IMG/VR virus record: IMGVR_UViG_3300037068_000078 | Span: 13,729-77,728 of that record | Direction: 5' to 3' (one strand) | Origin: a virus | Length of the DNA stretch: 64,000 bases | Part shown: positions 50,356 through 59,900 of the stretch, one piece after another | How the letters are laid out: every line of letters begins with the position of its first letter | Numbering within the stretch: the stretch's first letter is position 1 | The notes under the pieces: generated by a model | Seen by the model: only the letters and a program-made list of their open reading frames with translations | Database searches by the model: none | What the model was told of the DNA's origin: nothing | Program-made: the position numbers and the translations under genes

Positions 50356-50805
50356 ATGCCGACCTTCGACTACGTCTTCAAGCACGAGTCTCCCTTCGTC
50401 AAGAACACGATGGGTGATACGCCACCGGACGGCAAGCTCTACGGCGCGGTGCTGCCCGGCAACTTGATGCCGTGGATGTGGATCACGCCGAATACGTGGC
50501 TCCCTCCGGGATACATCAATGCGCCGCGCTACCATCTGTCTGAGTCCGTCAAGTACGTGAACCACGAGGAGTTCTGGGGGCAGGTGCAAAACTCCCAGAA
50601 GTACAAGCTCGCTCCCCCGCCTACCGGGGGGCACATGGAGTGGTGGGACAGGCAGCATGCGTACGGGCGCTATCTGCAGCGGTGCGCGGCGTATCGCTAC
50701 GAGCCGAGAGACTATCAAGCGTGGGTCGCGCGTGGCAGGCACGACGACCCGAGAGACGGGGACCACGTCGCCGTGTTAACAGCAAGAGGAGGAGCGAGAA
50801 CATAA
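50356..50805 (+). CDS. Hypothetical protein directly upstream of array 1
   Basis: AGGAG RBS; 149 aa, aromatic-rich. Confidence 0.65.
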   Translation: MPTFDYVFKHESPFVKNTMGDTPPDGKLYGAVLPGNLMPWMWITPNTWLPPGYINAPRYHLSESVKYVNHEEFWGQVQNSQKYKLAPPPTGGHMEWWDRQHAYGRYLQRCAAYRYEPRDYQAWVARGRHDDPRDGDHVAVLTARGGART

Positions 50806-50807
50806 AG

Positions 50808-51472
50808 AAGTGAGCAGGGGTCGCAGGAGTTGTACCGTACCTGCCAAGCGAGCAGTTCACGTTGAGCGTAGCGTATTGGAGGAGCGAGACCGAGTAATAT
50901 AAGCGTACCGCATTTCAGGAGTGAGCCGTTTTGTCCCGCGAGTACCGATGGATGCGAGCGAGCCGGGTTACAAGGAGCGTGCCGTATAGTAGGAGTGAGA
51001 CGCACGAAGGTGAGCGTGCCGTATGGGATGAGCGAACCAAATGAGTGGAGAGTACCGGAACAGCTAGAGTGAGCAGTCATAAACGACCGTATCGGAAAGC
51101 GAGAGCGAGCCGTTTTGTTAGAGCGTGCCGGAAAGCAAGAGCGAGCCGTGCTGTTAGAGCGTACCGTATTGCTAGAGTGAGACCATGGACATGAGTGTAG
51201 CGTAAATACGGAGCGAGCCGCCTTCTAAGAGTGTACCGATCAAGAAAAGCGAGCCGTATTGTACTGATCGTACCGAATAGATGGAGTGAGACGTAAAACT
51301 TGAGAGTACCGTTAATGTGGAGCGAGCCGCATTAAGTAGAGCGTACCGTCGATAATGTGCGAACCTAACTGCAGAGAGCGTACCGAGATTACAGAGTGAA
51401 CCCGTTAACGAAGGGAGCGTACCGAAATCACAGAGTGAACCCGTTGCATGAGCGTACCGAAATCGATGAGTG
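50808..51472 (+). ncRNA. TIGR-like dual-repeat guide RNA array 1 (about 18 units)
   Basis: Alternating GAGCGAGCCG-like and GAGCGTACCG-like 10-mers separated by mostly 8-9 nt variable spacers; period 36-37 nt. Confidence 0.9.
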
Positions 51473-51516
51473 CCTTACCAAACTGAGCAGACGACCCAAC
51501 AGAGGGAAATGAAAAC

Positions 51517-52377
51517 ATGAAACGTGCAGAGACCGTGATACCGCGCGCATCCAAGGAGATGGTGCTCGAGGCCGCGAACCTTACCAACCCGGAGGCGAGG
51601 TTCCTCGTCTCGGACTACTACGCAACGCAGGACATGCGCAAGCGAGCGGACATGCAGCTGCGACATCGCGGCGAGCAGACCGACCCGCAGCGCGTCAGCG
51701 CGCTGGGCTACATGGGCGACGGCTTCGCGCTCATGGAGGCACAGATCCAGCGCATGCTCACGAAGTATGCCGAGGGGACACCAGTGGGTCGCTGGATGAT
51801 GTCGCAGTACGGCGTGGGGCCGGTCATCGCAGCTGGGATGCTGGCGCACCTGGACGTCGAGGACAAGCCCACGGCGGGCCACTTCTGGCGGTTCAGCGGG
51901 CTGGATCCCACGTGCAAGTGGGAGAAGGGCCAGAAGCGCCCGTACAACCCGGATATGAAGCAGCTGTGCTACCACTTCGGTGAGTGCGCCAAGCGCACCA
52001 GCGGCAGCGAGAACAGCTTCTACGGTCGCTTCTACCGCGAGCGCAAGGCCAAGTTGATCGAGCGCAACGAGGCGGGCCACTACGCCGAGCGGGCGAAGAC
52101 GTTCTTCACTCATTCTGCAGAGTGGAAGGCGATCCTCGCGACCGGCAAGCTGCCACCCGGCAACCTGGACAGGCAGGCGTGCAACATCACGTCGAAGATC
52201 TTCCTCTCGCACCTGCACGCGATCATGTACTGGCACAAGTACGGCGTGGCACCACCCAAGCCGTTCGCGATCGCCGTGCTGGGCCACGCGCACGAAGTCA
52301 AGATACCGATGGCCGACGACCACTTCCCGGGGTTCAGTAGCGCGTACTACGGGGCAAGGCCGGAGGGCATCGTCTAG
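51517..52377 (+). CDS. TasA-like Nop-domain (IS110-related) RNA-guided DNA-binding protein, no nuclease domain
   Basis: Helical N-terminus then GVGPVIAAGML...FWRFSGL (IS110/Nop-like); no RuvC DEDD or HNH region; flanked by dual-repeat arrays. Confidence 0.85.
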   Translation: MKRAETVIPRASKEMVLEAANLTNPEARFLVSDYYATQDMRKRADMQLRHRGEQTDPQRVSALGYMGDGFALMEAQIQRMLTKYAEGTPVGRWMMSQYGVGPVIAAGMLAHLDVEDKPTAGHFWRFSGLDPTCKWEKGQKRPYNPDMKQLCYHFGECAKRTSGSENSFYGRFYRERKAKLIERNEAGHYAERAKTFFTHSAEWKAILATGKLPPGNLDRQACNITSKIFLSHLHAIMYWHKYGVAPPKPFAIAVLGHAHEVKIPMADDHFPGFSSAYYGARPEGIV

Positions 52378-53036
52378 AGACGGTCACGGTCCGAGAGTAT
52401 CGACCAACTGGATCGAGCCGTACGTGGAAGTGTACCGAGGTTACCGAGCGAGCCTGCTATGCAGCGAGTACCGTGATCGCTAAGCGAGACGTGCAAGGAG
52501 CGTACCGAAATAAGTGAGCGAGCCTTAATTGGGCGAGTGTACCTTTGCTCAGGAGCGAGACGCATCACGTGAGAGTACCGTCCTACTTAGGATCGAACCG
52601 TGTAAAATGAGAGAACTGCTTCCCTAGAGTGAGCCCGCTCATTACGAGAGTACCTAGATGAATGAGCGAGACGCTGGTTACAAGCGTACCGTAAGGATAA
52701 GCGAGCCGTTGTGATAGAGAGTACAAAATTGCAGGAGCGAGCCGCTGTGCCGGAGAGTACGATAAATCAGGAGCGAGACGTTGGGATCTACAGTATCGCA
52801 ATAGAATGATCGAGCCGCCTTGGGAGAGCGTGCCGTATGGGATATGAGTGAGGCGTTTGTCTGGAGTGTGTACCGAGAGATATAAGCGAGCCGTGCGAAC
52901 GGCAAGAGTACCGTACCCCGTGTGCGAGACGATTACTGCAGAGTGTACCGCAATTTGGAAGCGAGACGAGTTTTGCGATAGTATCGGAACCCCACAGCGA
53001 ACCGAAGTGTCGAGAGAGTACCGACCAAGCAAAGTG
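52373..53036 (+). ncRNA. TIGR-like dual-repeat guide RNA array 2 (about 18 units)
   Basis: Same two alternating repeats, period and orientation as array 1. Confidence 0.9.
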
Positions 53037-53057
53037 CAACAAAGAGGAGAGACAGAT

Positions 53058-53417
53058 TTGAAGATAACAGAAGCAACTGACAAGCGGGCCATCGACACGT
53101 ACGAGCGCGGGCTGGCGTGCTGGCACATACTGGGGACAGCCGACGGCATCATACTCGTATTCCGCTCACCCAACACGCCAGCTGAGGCGAGTCCACCAAC
53201 GGGCTTCAACACTTACTGCCACGCGTTCAATGACATCCACGAGGCCGAGGTGTTCGTGCGGCAAGCGGTGGTCAAGGAGGTGGCGCGCGACGTGTGGGCT
53301 GCGGCCTACGAGCACTTCAAGGTGCCGATAGAAGCGATCAAGCCCGCACCGCGTGGTGATGCACCCGCAACGCGTGTTGAGGCACCCGCACCGCCGGAAT
53401 CTCTCCGCCGGATGTAG
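53058..53417 (+). CDS. Hypothetical protein directly downstream of array 2
   Basis: GAGGAG RBS then TTG start. Confidence 0.55.
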   Translation: MKITEATDKRAIDTYERGLACWHILGTADGIILVFRSPNTPAEASPPTGFNTYCHAFNDIHEAEVFVRQAVVKEVARDVWAAAYEHFKVPIEAIKPAPRGDAPATRVEAPAPPESLRRM

Positions 53418-53441
53418 GCTCGCAGCCTCGTGTGATCTCTG

Positions 53442-53523
53442 GGAGGGGTAGTGTAAGGCGCACGGCAGGGTTCGCCCCCAGTCCCTGCAGGTACGGGGTT
53501 CGATCCCCCGTTCCCTCCGCCCA
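53442..53523 (+). ncRNA. tRNA-like cloverleaf with non-canonical anticodon arm
   Basis: Acceptor GGAGGGG/TCCCTCC, D arm GTGT/GCAC, stem GCAGGG/CCCTGC with 12-nt loop, T arm CGGGG-TTCGATC-CCCCG, ends GCCCA. Confidence 0.65.
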
Positions 53524-53652
53524 TTATTCTGGCGCTCGTGTCTCGTGGTATCATTGAGTTTGTTTGCTCAATGAGACCACGGGCCGAGAGGCCAAGGATC
53601 ACACCGGGATGCGATAATGCATCACTCAGAAAGAGGATTGGAAGACTAGCAA

Positions 53653-54291
53653 ATGGCAAGAAACTTAGAGGACCTGAACGTACTGCACTCCGAGATGTTG
53701 GCAACAGCGTGCGATCTCGGTGTGGTGCTGCCCGAGGATCTGAAGTTGGAGTTCCAGACCGTCGAGGTGGGCGAGGCTACGTGCGACAGCCTCGACAAGC
53801 TGATCCGCGACTTTCGTGCGGCGGCGGAAGCTGGTAACACTGAAAATTCGTCTGAAGCGGCGGAGGGCGTCCCGCCGAAGAAGACCAGGAGACCCGCCAA
53901 GAAGAAGGCGGATACGGGGCAACAGCAACCCACAGAGGAGACTACCGTGACCACTGCAACTGCGAAGAAGCCTGCGAAGGCTGCGAAGAAGGCCAAGGCC
54001 GCGCCGTCGAAGAAGACCGCCAAGAAGGCCGTGGCGAAGAAGGCCGCTACCCAAAAGGCGCGCGGGGGCGGGGGTGCTGCGACGAGCGGGCGCATCACCA
54101 ACGAGACCAAGATCAAGGTCATCAGCAAGGAGAACCCGTTCACCGAGGGCACCACGCGCGGCAAGATGGCCGCCTACGTGCTGGGCCACACCGGCGAGAC
54201 GTTCGGCAAGATGAAGTCGGCGTCGAAGGGGCTGGTCGACGGATGGGTCATCCGCCAGCTGGCTGAGAAGAAGCTGATCTCGATCGAGTAA
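53653..54291 (+). CDS. Paralogue 3: acidic N-terminus, histone H1-like KKA linker, NPF..GT...GLVD.W.IRQ domain
   Basis: AKKPAKAAKKAK repeats; possible in-frame internal GTG start at 53947 after GAGGAG. Confidence 0.8.
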   Translation: MARNLEDLNVLHSEMLATACDLGVVLPEDLKLEFQTVEVGEATCDSLDKLIRDFRAAAEAGNTENSSEAAEGVPPKKTRRPAKKKADTGQQQPTEETTVTTATAKKPAKAAKKAKAAPSKKTAKKAVAKKAATQKARGGGGAATSGRITNETKIKVISKENPFTEGTTRGKMAAYVLGHTGETFGKMKSASKGLVDGWVIRQLAEKKLISIE

Positions 54292-54374
54292 CCATTGCGC
54301 CTACAAGAAACAATCAGAGGAAAACTGGGGGCACTGGCGCAAGCCGGTGCCTCTCTGATATTTGGAGAAGGCAC

Positions 54375-55693
54375 ATGGTTGATATCATGCCAATGAGAGA
54401 CTATGGACTGACGTACGAGGAGGCGGCGCACGGCGTGCAGTCCGCCATCAAGTACGAGATGGACCGCGAGAAGCATGAGATACGCAGCACGCTGAAGCAC
54501 CTGCGCGTCGGCGTGGACATGCGGGCTGCGGACGCCCGCGCCCTGGCTGAGCTACTGATAGCCAAGGGCGTGTTCACCGCCGATGAGTACATCGAGTACA
54601 TGCGGCTCGCCGCCAATGAAGAACTCGCGCGCTACACCGAGCACGTGCGCGAGAAGTACGACCTGCCGATGAACGTGGAGTTCCGGTGATGATACCCATC
54701 AGCTGGAACTATCCCAATCTCCGCATCTCGCACGAGACTGGACACGACTACGGCACGGTCGTGAGACTGAGCGAACTCAGCAACCCATGCAGCATGAGCA
54801 TGATACGGGACGCGTGTCCCGAGCTCGGCGGCTACAGCTGGGGTCAGATAGAGGACCTATGGGTGCGCGTGCAGAAGGCCAAGCATGCCGAGCAGGTGCG
54901 CAGAGGATATTGAACTTGAAAATGGAAATGGGAATACAAAACTGGGAGCAATTGAAATGACAGGTAAGAGACACGCGCGGGTGTTTCACATGCTCGTCGC
55001 GAATGGACACTCGGCGCATAAGGCAGCCGAGATCATCCTAGACGCCAGAAGGGGGTATCGATACGCTCTCGACTGGATCCACTTGGCCCACGATATGGTG
55101 GACCTCGCGAAGTGGATGGAGCGCTACCACGCGCAGCATCGGAGGAGCGCATGACCAAGGTGTACGTGGTCATGGGCAACGACTTCCCGGACGCGGTGTT
55201 CGACAACGAGGTTGATGCGATCATCCACATCAACATATGCAAGGCACAATGTCCGCGTCGGCACATGGCACCTCGCATCTACTGGCGGGTGTACGACTTC
55301 CCGCTGAGGAGCCTCGCGCATGACTGACAACCCAAATGGCTATTGGTGCCGACAGTGTGGATGGAGTAGAGCAGAGGCCGAGCAGCGGTGTAGCTCGACC
55401 TACTGCAGGGAGCGACGCGACGAGGAGGACCTAGAGCGCGAGTGCCCTCGGCCCAATTATCTCTTCGAGTTCTAGGGAGCGCAGCCATGTACGACTACGT
55501 GAGACGCATGTACCGCGTGAACCCGGTGGTGGGCCACTACGTGCAGCACAGCTTCACGCGTCGCGTGGGGCGCATCACGAGCGAGGATGCAAGCTGCGGC
55601 CACTACGTGCAGGTGTTGTTCACGGGCGACAGCTGGGCGCTGCCGTGCCATCCCACCGAGATGGCGTACCTGGGGCCGGTGCCGCCCGACTGA
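54375..55693 (+). other. Small hypothetical CDSs (54375-54689, 54686-54913, 54957-55154, 55151-55327, 55487-55693)
   Basis: RBSs and coupling. Confidence 0.55.
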
Positions 55694-55761
55694 GTGCCAC
55701 CCCAATACCACCAAGGCCGGTCGCCCTGAGAGCCCCTCGGGCGGCCGTCAGTGACCACCCG

Positions 55762-56208
55762 TCAGCCCTGCACATTGTAACCCGCCGCGCAGCACAGCGC
55801 CTCCAGCACCATCTCCCACGGCCATCGGCTCGGGCCTCCGCCCCAGTGCAGGGCCACGTTGTGCAGGGGCCGCAGCCCACCCACCTTGGCCTGCACCACC
55901 AGCGCACCCGGTATCAGCCAGAGCTCATCCACAGCAGCGCCCCTGCGCGACCCGCCAGCGTGCCTCCGGCGCACGGCTATGTGCACCCGGCCCCCAGCCC
56001 TGACCCTCCTGGCTATCCAGCCCACCTGCTCCGGCCGCATGGGCACGGTCCATCCATCAGTTGCCTTGTACTCGACCCAGAACTCGCAGCCCGCCCAGCA
56101 CCCGTTGCTGTCGGGCACGCCGCGTATGATGGCGGTCTCGATCGTCTGCCAGTGCACCTGGGGCAGGTGCTTGCGGAACAGGGGCCGCAGGCCGTCGTCA
56201 ACTGTCAC
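55762..56208 (-). CDS. VRR-NUC-like PD-(D/E)XK nuclease / resolvase
   Basis: IE.....GVPD........FWVEYK........RPEQ..W. Confidence 0.8.
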   Translation of the reverse strand: MTVDDGLRPLFRKHLPQVHWQTIETAIIRGVPDSNGCWAGCEFWVEYKATDGWTVPMRPEQVGWIARRVRAGGRVHIAVRRRHAGGSRRGAAVDELWLIPGALVVQAKVGGLRPLHNVALHWGGGPSRWPWEMVLEALCCAAGYNVQG

Positions 56209-56906
56209 CGCTGCCTCCGTATGCGCGCGGCGAAGCGTGCAGCCTCGCGCCAGTCGTTTTGATTGCGGCCCTCGTAGCGCGCGGCGAACGACCACGCCAT
56301 GCTGTCCGCGCTGTGCAGCAGCGCACGCACCACCCGCGAGGCCAGCGCGATGGTCTTGAGGCCGAAGCCGTGCAGGCGTAGATCAGGCCGCTCCTGCTTG
56401 ATGGCGGCTAGTATCTCCTCGATCTGTCTGGGATCCGCGTTGCGCTTGCATATGCTGCCCACGCCGACGTACGCGCCGTGCGCCAGTCGCGCGCCATACA
56501 TGCGCAGGTGTCGCACGTAGTCGGTGACCGCGTAGCCCTGCAGCACCGGCATGATGTAGATGCCCCACACCTGTTTGATGAGCGCATCATAGCGCTGGAT
56601 GGTGAGGCGCTGGTGGGTGCGCACCGAGAGGCCGGTCTTCTCAATGATGAACGGCTCGCACATGTAATCTTGCGCCACAGCTGCCACGAGACCTCGGTTG
56701 CCGCGCCAGCGCATGATCTCCTTGGCGTAGTGCGCCACGCTGTGGCGATACCTGCCGTGTCGCGAGAGCTCGGTGAATGCGCCGCTATCCATGATCCAGC
56801 GCTCGGCTCCAACGGTGGTGCGGTCGCGCAGCCTGTTCACGCTGATGAATGCGTGTGAGAAGTGCCGCGCGTCCGATGGTTGGTGCAGCCCCACGTAGAA
56901 GATCAC
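56205..56906 (-). CDS. DpdA/TGT-like base-exchange transglycosylase
   Basis: MDSGAF.EL, QDYMCEP, PVLQG, GVGS.CKR, LHGFG.K, SADSMAWS. Confidence 0.75.
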   Translation of the reverse strand: MIFYVGLHQPSDARHFSHAFISVNRLRDRTTVGAERWIMDSGAFTELSRHGRYRHSVAHYAKEIMRWRGNRGLVAAVAQDYMCEPFIIEKTGLSVRTHQRLTIQRYDALIKQVWGIYIMPVLQGYAVTDYVRHLRMYGARLAHGAYVGVGSICKRNADPRQIEEILAAIKQERPDLRLHGFGLKTIALASRVVRALLHSADSMAWSFAARYEGRNQNDWREAARFAARIRRQR

Positions 56907-56976
56907 ATGTCCTCGCCGAACATGACCAATAGAGCGATGACGCAGATCCCAGCGACGACGCACGATGCTGCGAAGG

Positions 56977-59900
56977 TCATCGGCTCACCGCCCGCCGCAG
57001 CAGTGCCTTCAGTGCGTCAATGGCCTCCGTGTACGTGCCCTCCTCCGACAGACACAGGAGCCACTCGCTGGCGAAGCTGTCTGCCTCCTCGTCCACGTCG
57101 AACTCCGGCGCTATGCGCATCCACTGGTTTCCGATCCACACGTGGGAGCGCAGCTGCCGCCAGTTCTCGCCCGCGACGACGCAGTAGCGTATCTCGCCTG
57201 CCAGTGGCTTCGCCATCGTTGGTGCCACCACAGTGAGCTCGTGCATGGGCTCGCCTGTACGCGGGATCACCCATAGGCACGCGGGACACACCATCTTGTC
57301 GGGCTGCCCGTGCAGGCGCATCCACTTCTCGTGCTTGCATGTCATGTTTCTCTCCTCACTCGTATCTCCCAGTTGTGCTTGGCGAAGTGCGTCTCGCACA
57401 CGCGCTCTGCGTCGGACTGCGTGGAGCAGTAGGCTATCGCGCGCCACCCGCCCCACACGTGCAACTCCACGAGCCATCGCGTCATCGCTCGCGCTGCCAT
57501 CGTGCAAAGGCGCGGCATGCTGCCTGCACCGCGTAACTTTCCAGCTGCATGCCCTCCTTGACGCACGCATCTAGGAAGATGGCTGCGTCCGCCTTGCGCC
57601 GCAAGGCCAAGTCACGCAAACGCTGACGCACCTCGCCTATCGTCAGGCTCATGTCGCCATCGAACACGAGACTGACTGCCACGGGCGGCATCGCCTCGCC
57701 GAAGAGCTCGATCATCTCGGCTTGTGTTATGGGGCCAGTATTGGTCGCCGTCATGTCAGTCATCTCCAGGTGTTCGACAAGCGTGATCTCCATGCTGTCG
57801 CCGCCGTCGTTGATGTTCGTCGTGTACTGCCTGATCCACCAGTTTCGGCACTGGTACATAAATGGCCTCTGGTGATGCTGCTGATCGTACCACTCGCGCA
57901 CGCGCTTCTTCAGCACGGGGTCCAGCGTCGTAAACGTGACCTCGTATGGCTGGCGGACTACTGGCGGGTAGTCCTGCCACGGTGAGTTGAATGTACTCAC
58001 TATCCTACTCCATACGATATGCTGAGCCTACCGGGCTCCATCACGACGGTGTCGCCCTCGCACAGGATCAGGCTGGGATCAAACGGTGCGAAGTGCATGA
58101 TGTTCAACTTGTCCACGATGAGAACGCGGTTCATCACACCAGATGCAGAGCACTTAACTGTGATGGAGTGACGATTGCTGATGCGTAACCCGCCGCTCGG
58201 CAGCCGCGACTTGTTCCACAACTTGAACAGCGTGGACTTCTGCGCGATCACCGTCTTGTTCGCGTAGAATACGACTCGTGATATCTCAAACATCAGCCGC
58301 CCCAATCTCTCATGATGTCCTCGTGCGCGGTGCCGTCCTTGCGCGCCGCGTGGAGTGCGGAGTGCGTTAGCTCGGCCACGGCCCGTATGATCTCCGTCAA
58401 CTTCTCCCTGAACAACTCCTCGCTCATGCGCTGCTCAAGGAACTCCCTCTCGAGAAACACCAGCTGGTCATCCATCACTGCGATGGTAACTGAACGGATC
58501 TCGCGTGTTGTCATGCCTTCACTCCCTTCGCCTTGCGCAGTATGTCCAGCGCCTCCACGATGTCACTGCGCTCGGCGCTGCGCTGGTGCACGCCTGCGGT
58601 CCACCTGTTTAGCTCGGCGGCAGCCGTCTCGCGCTGGGCGATGGTCTGCTTCAGCATGTGGTCTGCGTCGGCGAGCCGCGCCTCGAGCAGCTTGATGGCC
58701 TCGTTGGTGGTGGGGTTGGTGATGTATGTGGTGATGATGTTGCTAGTCATTTCACTTCTCCTCCATGGCTGCATTGAGCCATTCTTGTATTGAACTGCGT
58801 ATCTGTAGCATGCAACTCTCCACGTGCTCGCCCGTGCCCATGTAGCCACCCCCGGTTGGCCGCAGTAGCGATAGCGTCCACGTGTAGCCCTCGCGTGGCT
58901 CCTCACGCACCTGAATGTAGCCCACGCGCACACCGCCGAGGTACACGGCATGGAGGGAACCGCTTTGATTGCTCCGCTTGCTTACGTTGAAGTCGAAGCG
59001 CCCTGACTTGATGAAGACGGCGAGCGCGTCGACATGCTTCGCACTTGAAGCGTCGTCCGCTTTCTTGGGTGAACGACTCGCCGCACGCTGAGCAGACAGC
59101 TGCAACTCGTGTTGAGCGGGGGGTGCCGCTACGGGTGATCGCTGACTGGATGGCGTCTTGGGTGTAGCTGCGTCCGGTCTCTTCTTCGAGGGCATCTCGC
59201 ACTTGTCTCCAGGTCATCGTCTGTCTCAGTTCAAGTGCACGTGCGACGGGCACGCGCCGTGCGCCTGTGTGGTAGGCGCTGTCTCGCACGGCCTCCTCGG
59301 GGTCGTAGCCTGCGAAGCGGATGAGTGTCAATCGCGACTCCTGTATTCCTCGCGCTCGATGTCTAGTGCTATCTCATCGAGCTCGTCGGCGATGCTGGTG
59401 TACGAAACGAAGATGTAGGACTTGGGCTCTAGTTCGCGCACGCGCTTGGCTAATATGCGTAGTCTCTCTACTTTGTCTGTCGTCATTGGCTGTCCACGTA
59501 GATGCGCAGCGCCAAGTTCACGATGTAACCCGCCGCAGCCAGCAACAGCAACCACCGCGCCCAGTCCCACGCACGGCTGAAGCACGTGGGGCGCTGGGAC
59601 TCGAGACAGTCGTCGGGCGTGGGCTTGGTCATCGCAGCAGCCCCTCGCCCAGCATGGTCAGGCCAGCGCCGAGCAGGATGCACACGATGGTCATCCACCA
59701 CGGCATCCAGTCCTCGGCGCGGAGCACGCGGTAGCCGTGCAGGCTGAGCTCGTCCAACAGCACACCCGCCAGCTTCTTGTCGCTGCACCGCGCCTTGTAC
59801 TGCGTGATGCCGTTCTCGATGATGGTGGCGGGTAGTATGCGCACCTCGCGCGTGAACATGGTCATGTCGTCTTCCCCTCTGGACCCAACCTGCCCAAAAC

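Noticed and set aside
50871-50900. Self-targeting of the GTATTG control regions by a guide (GCGTATTGGA at 50871 equals 21196-21205, with partial partner match ATATT)
   Set aside because: A 10-nt match is expected by chance with about 70 spacers against 128 kb of both strands, and the partner spacer matches only 5 nt; needs a systematic search
51517-52377. IS110 transposase / insertion sequence
   Set aside because: Lacks the N-terminal DEDD RuvC-like domain, and the flanks are periodic arrays rather than IS ends
50808-53036. CRISPR array
   Set aside because: Repeats are two alternating 10-mers with 8-9 nt spacers rather than one 23-47 nt repeat with about 30-nt spacers, and no cas genes are present
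52374-53212. ORFs overlapping array 2 (and similar ones over array 1)
   Set aside because: They translate the repeat pattern and lack RBSs; only the part from 53058 looks like a real gene
53442-53523. Canonical tRNA with an assignable anticodon
   Set aside because: The 12-nt loop and GCCCA end prevent assignment; reported as tRNA-like instead
45550-54950. CAAAACTGGGAGCA repeated at 45550 and 54937
   Set aside because: Only 14 bp and overlapping RBSs; most simply a shared translation-initiation sequence
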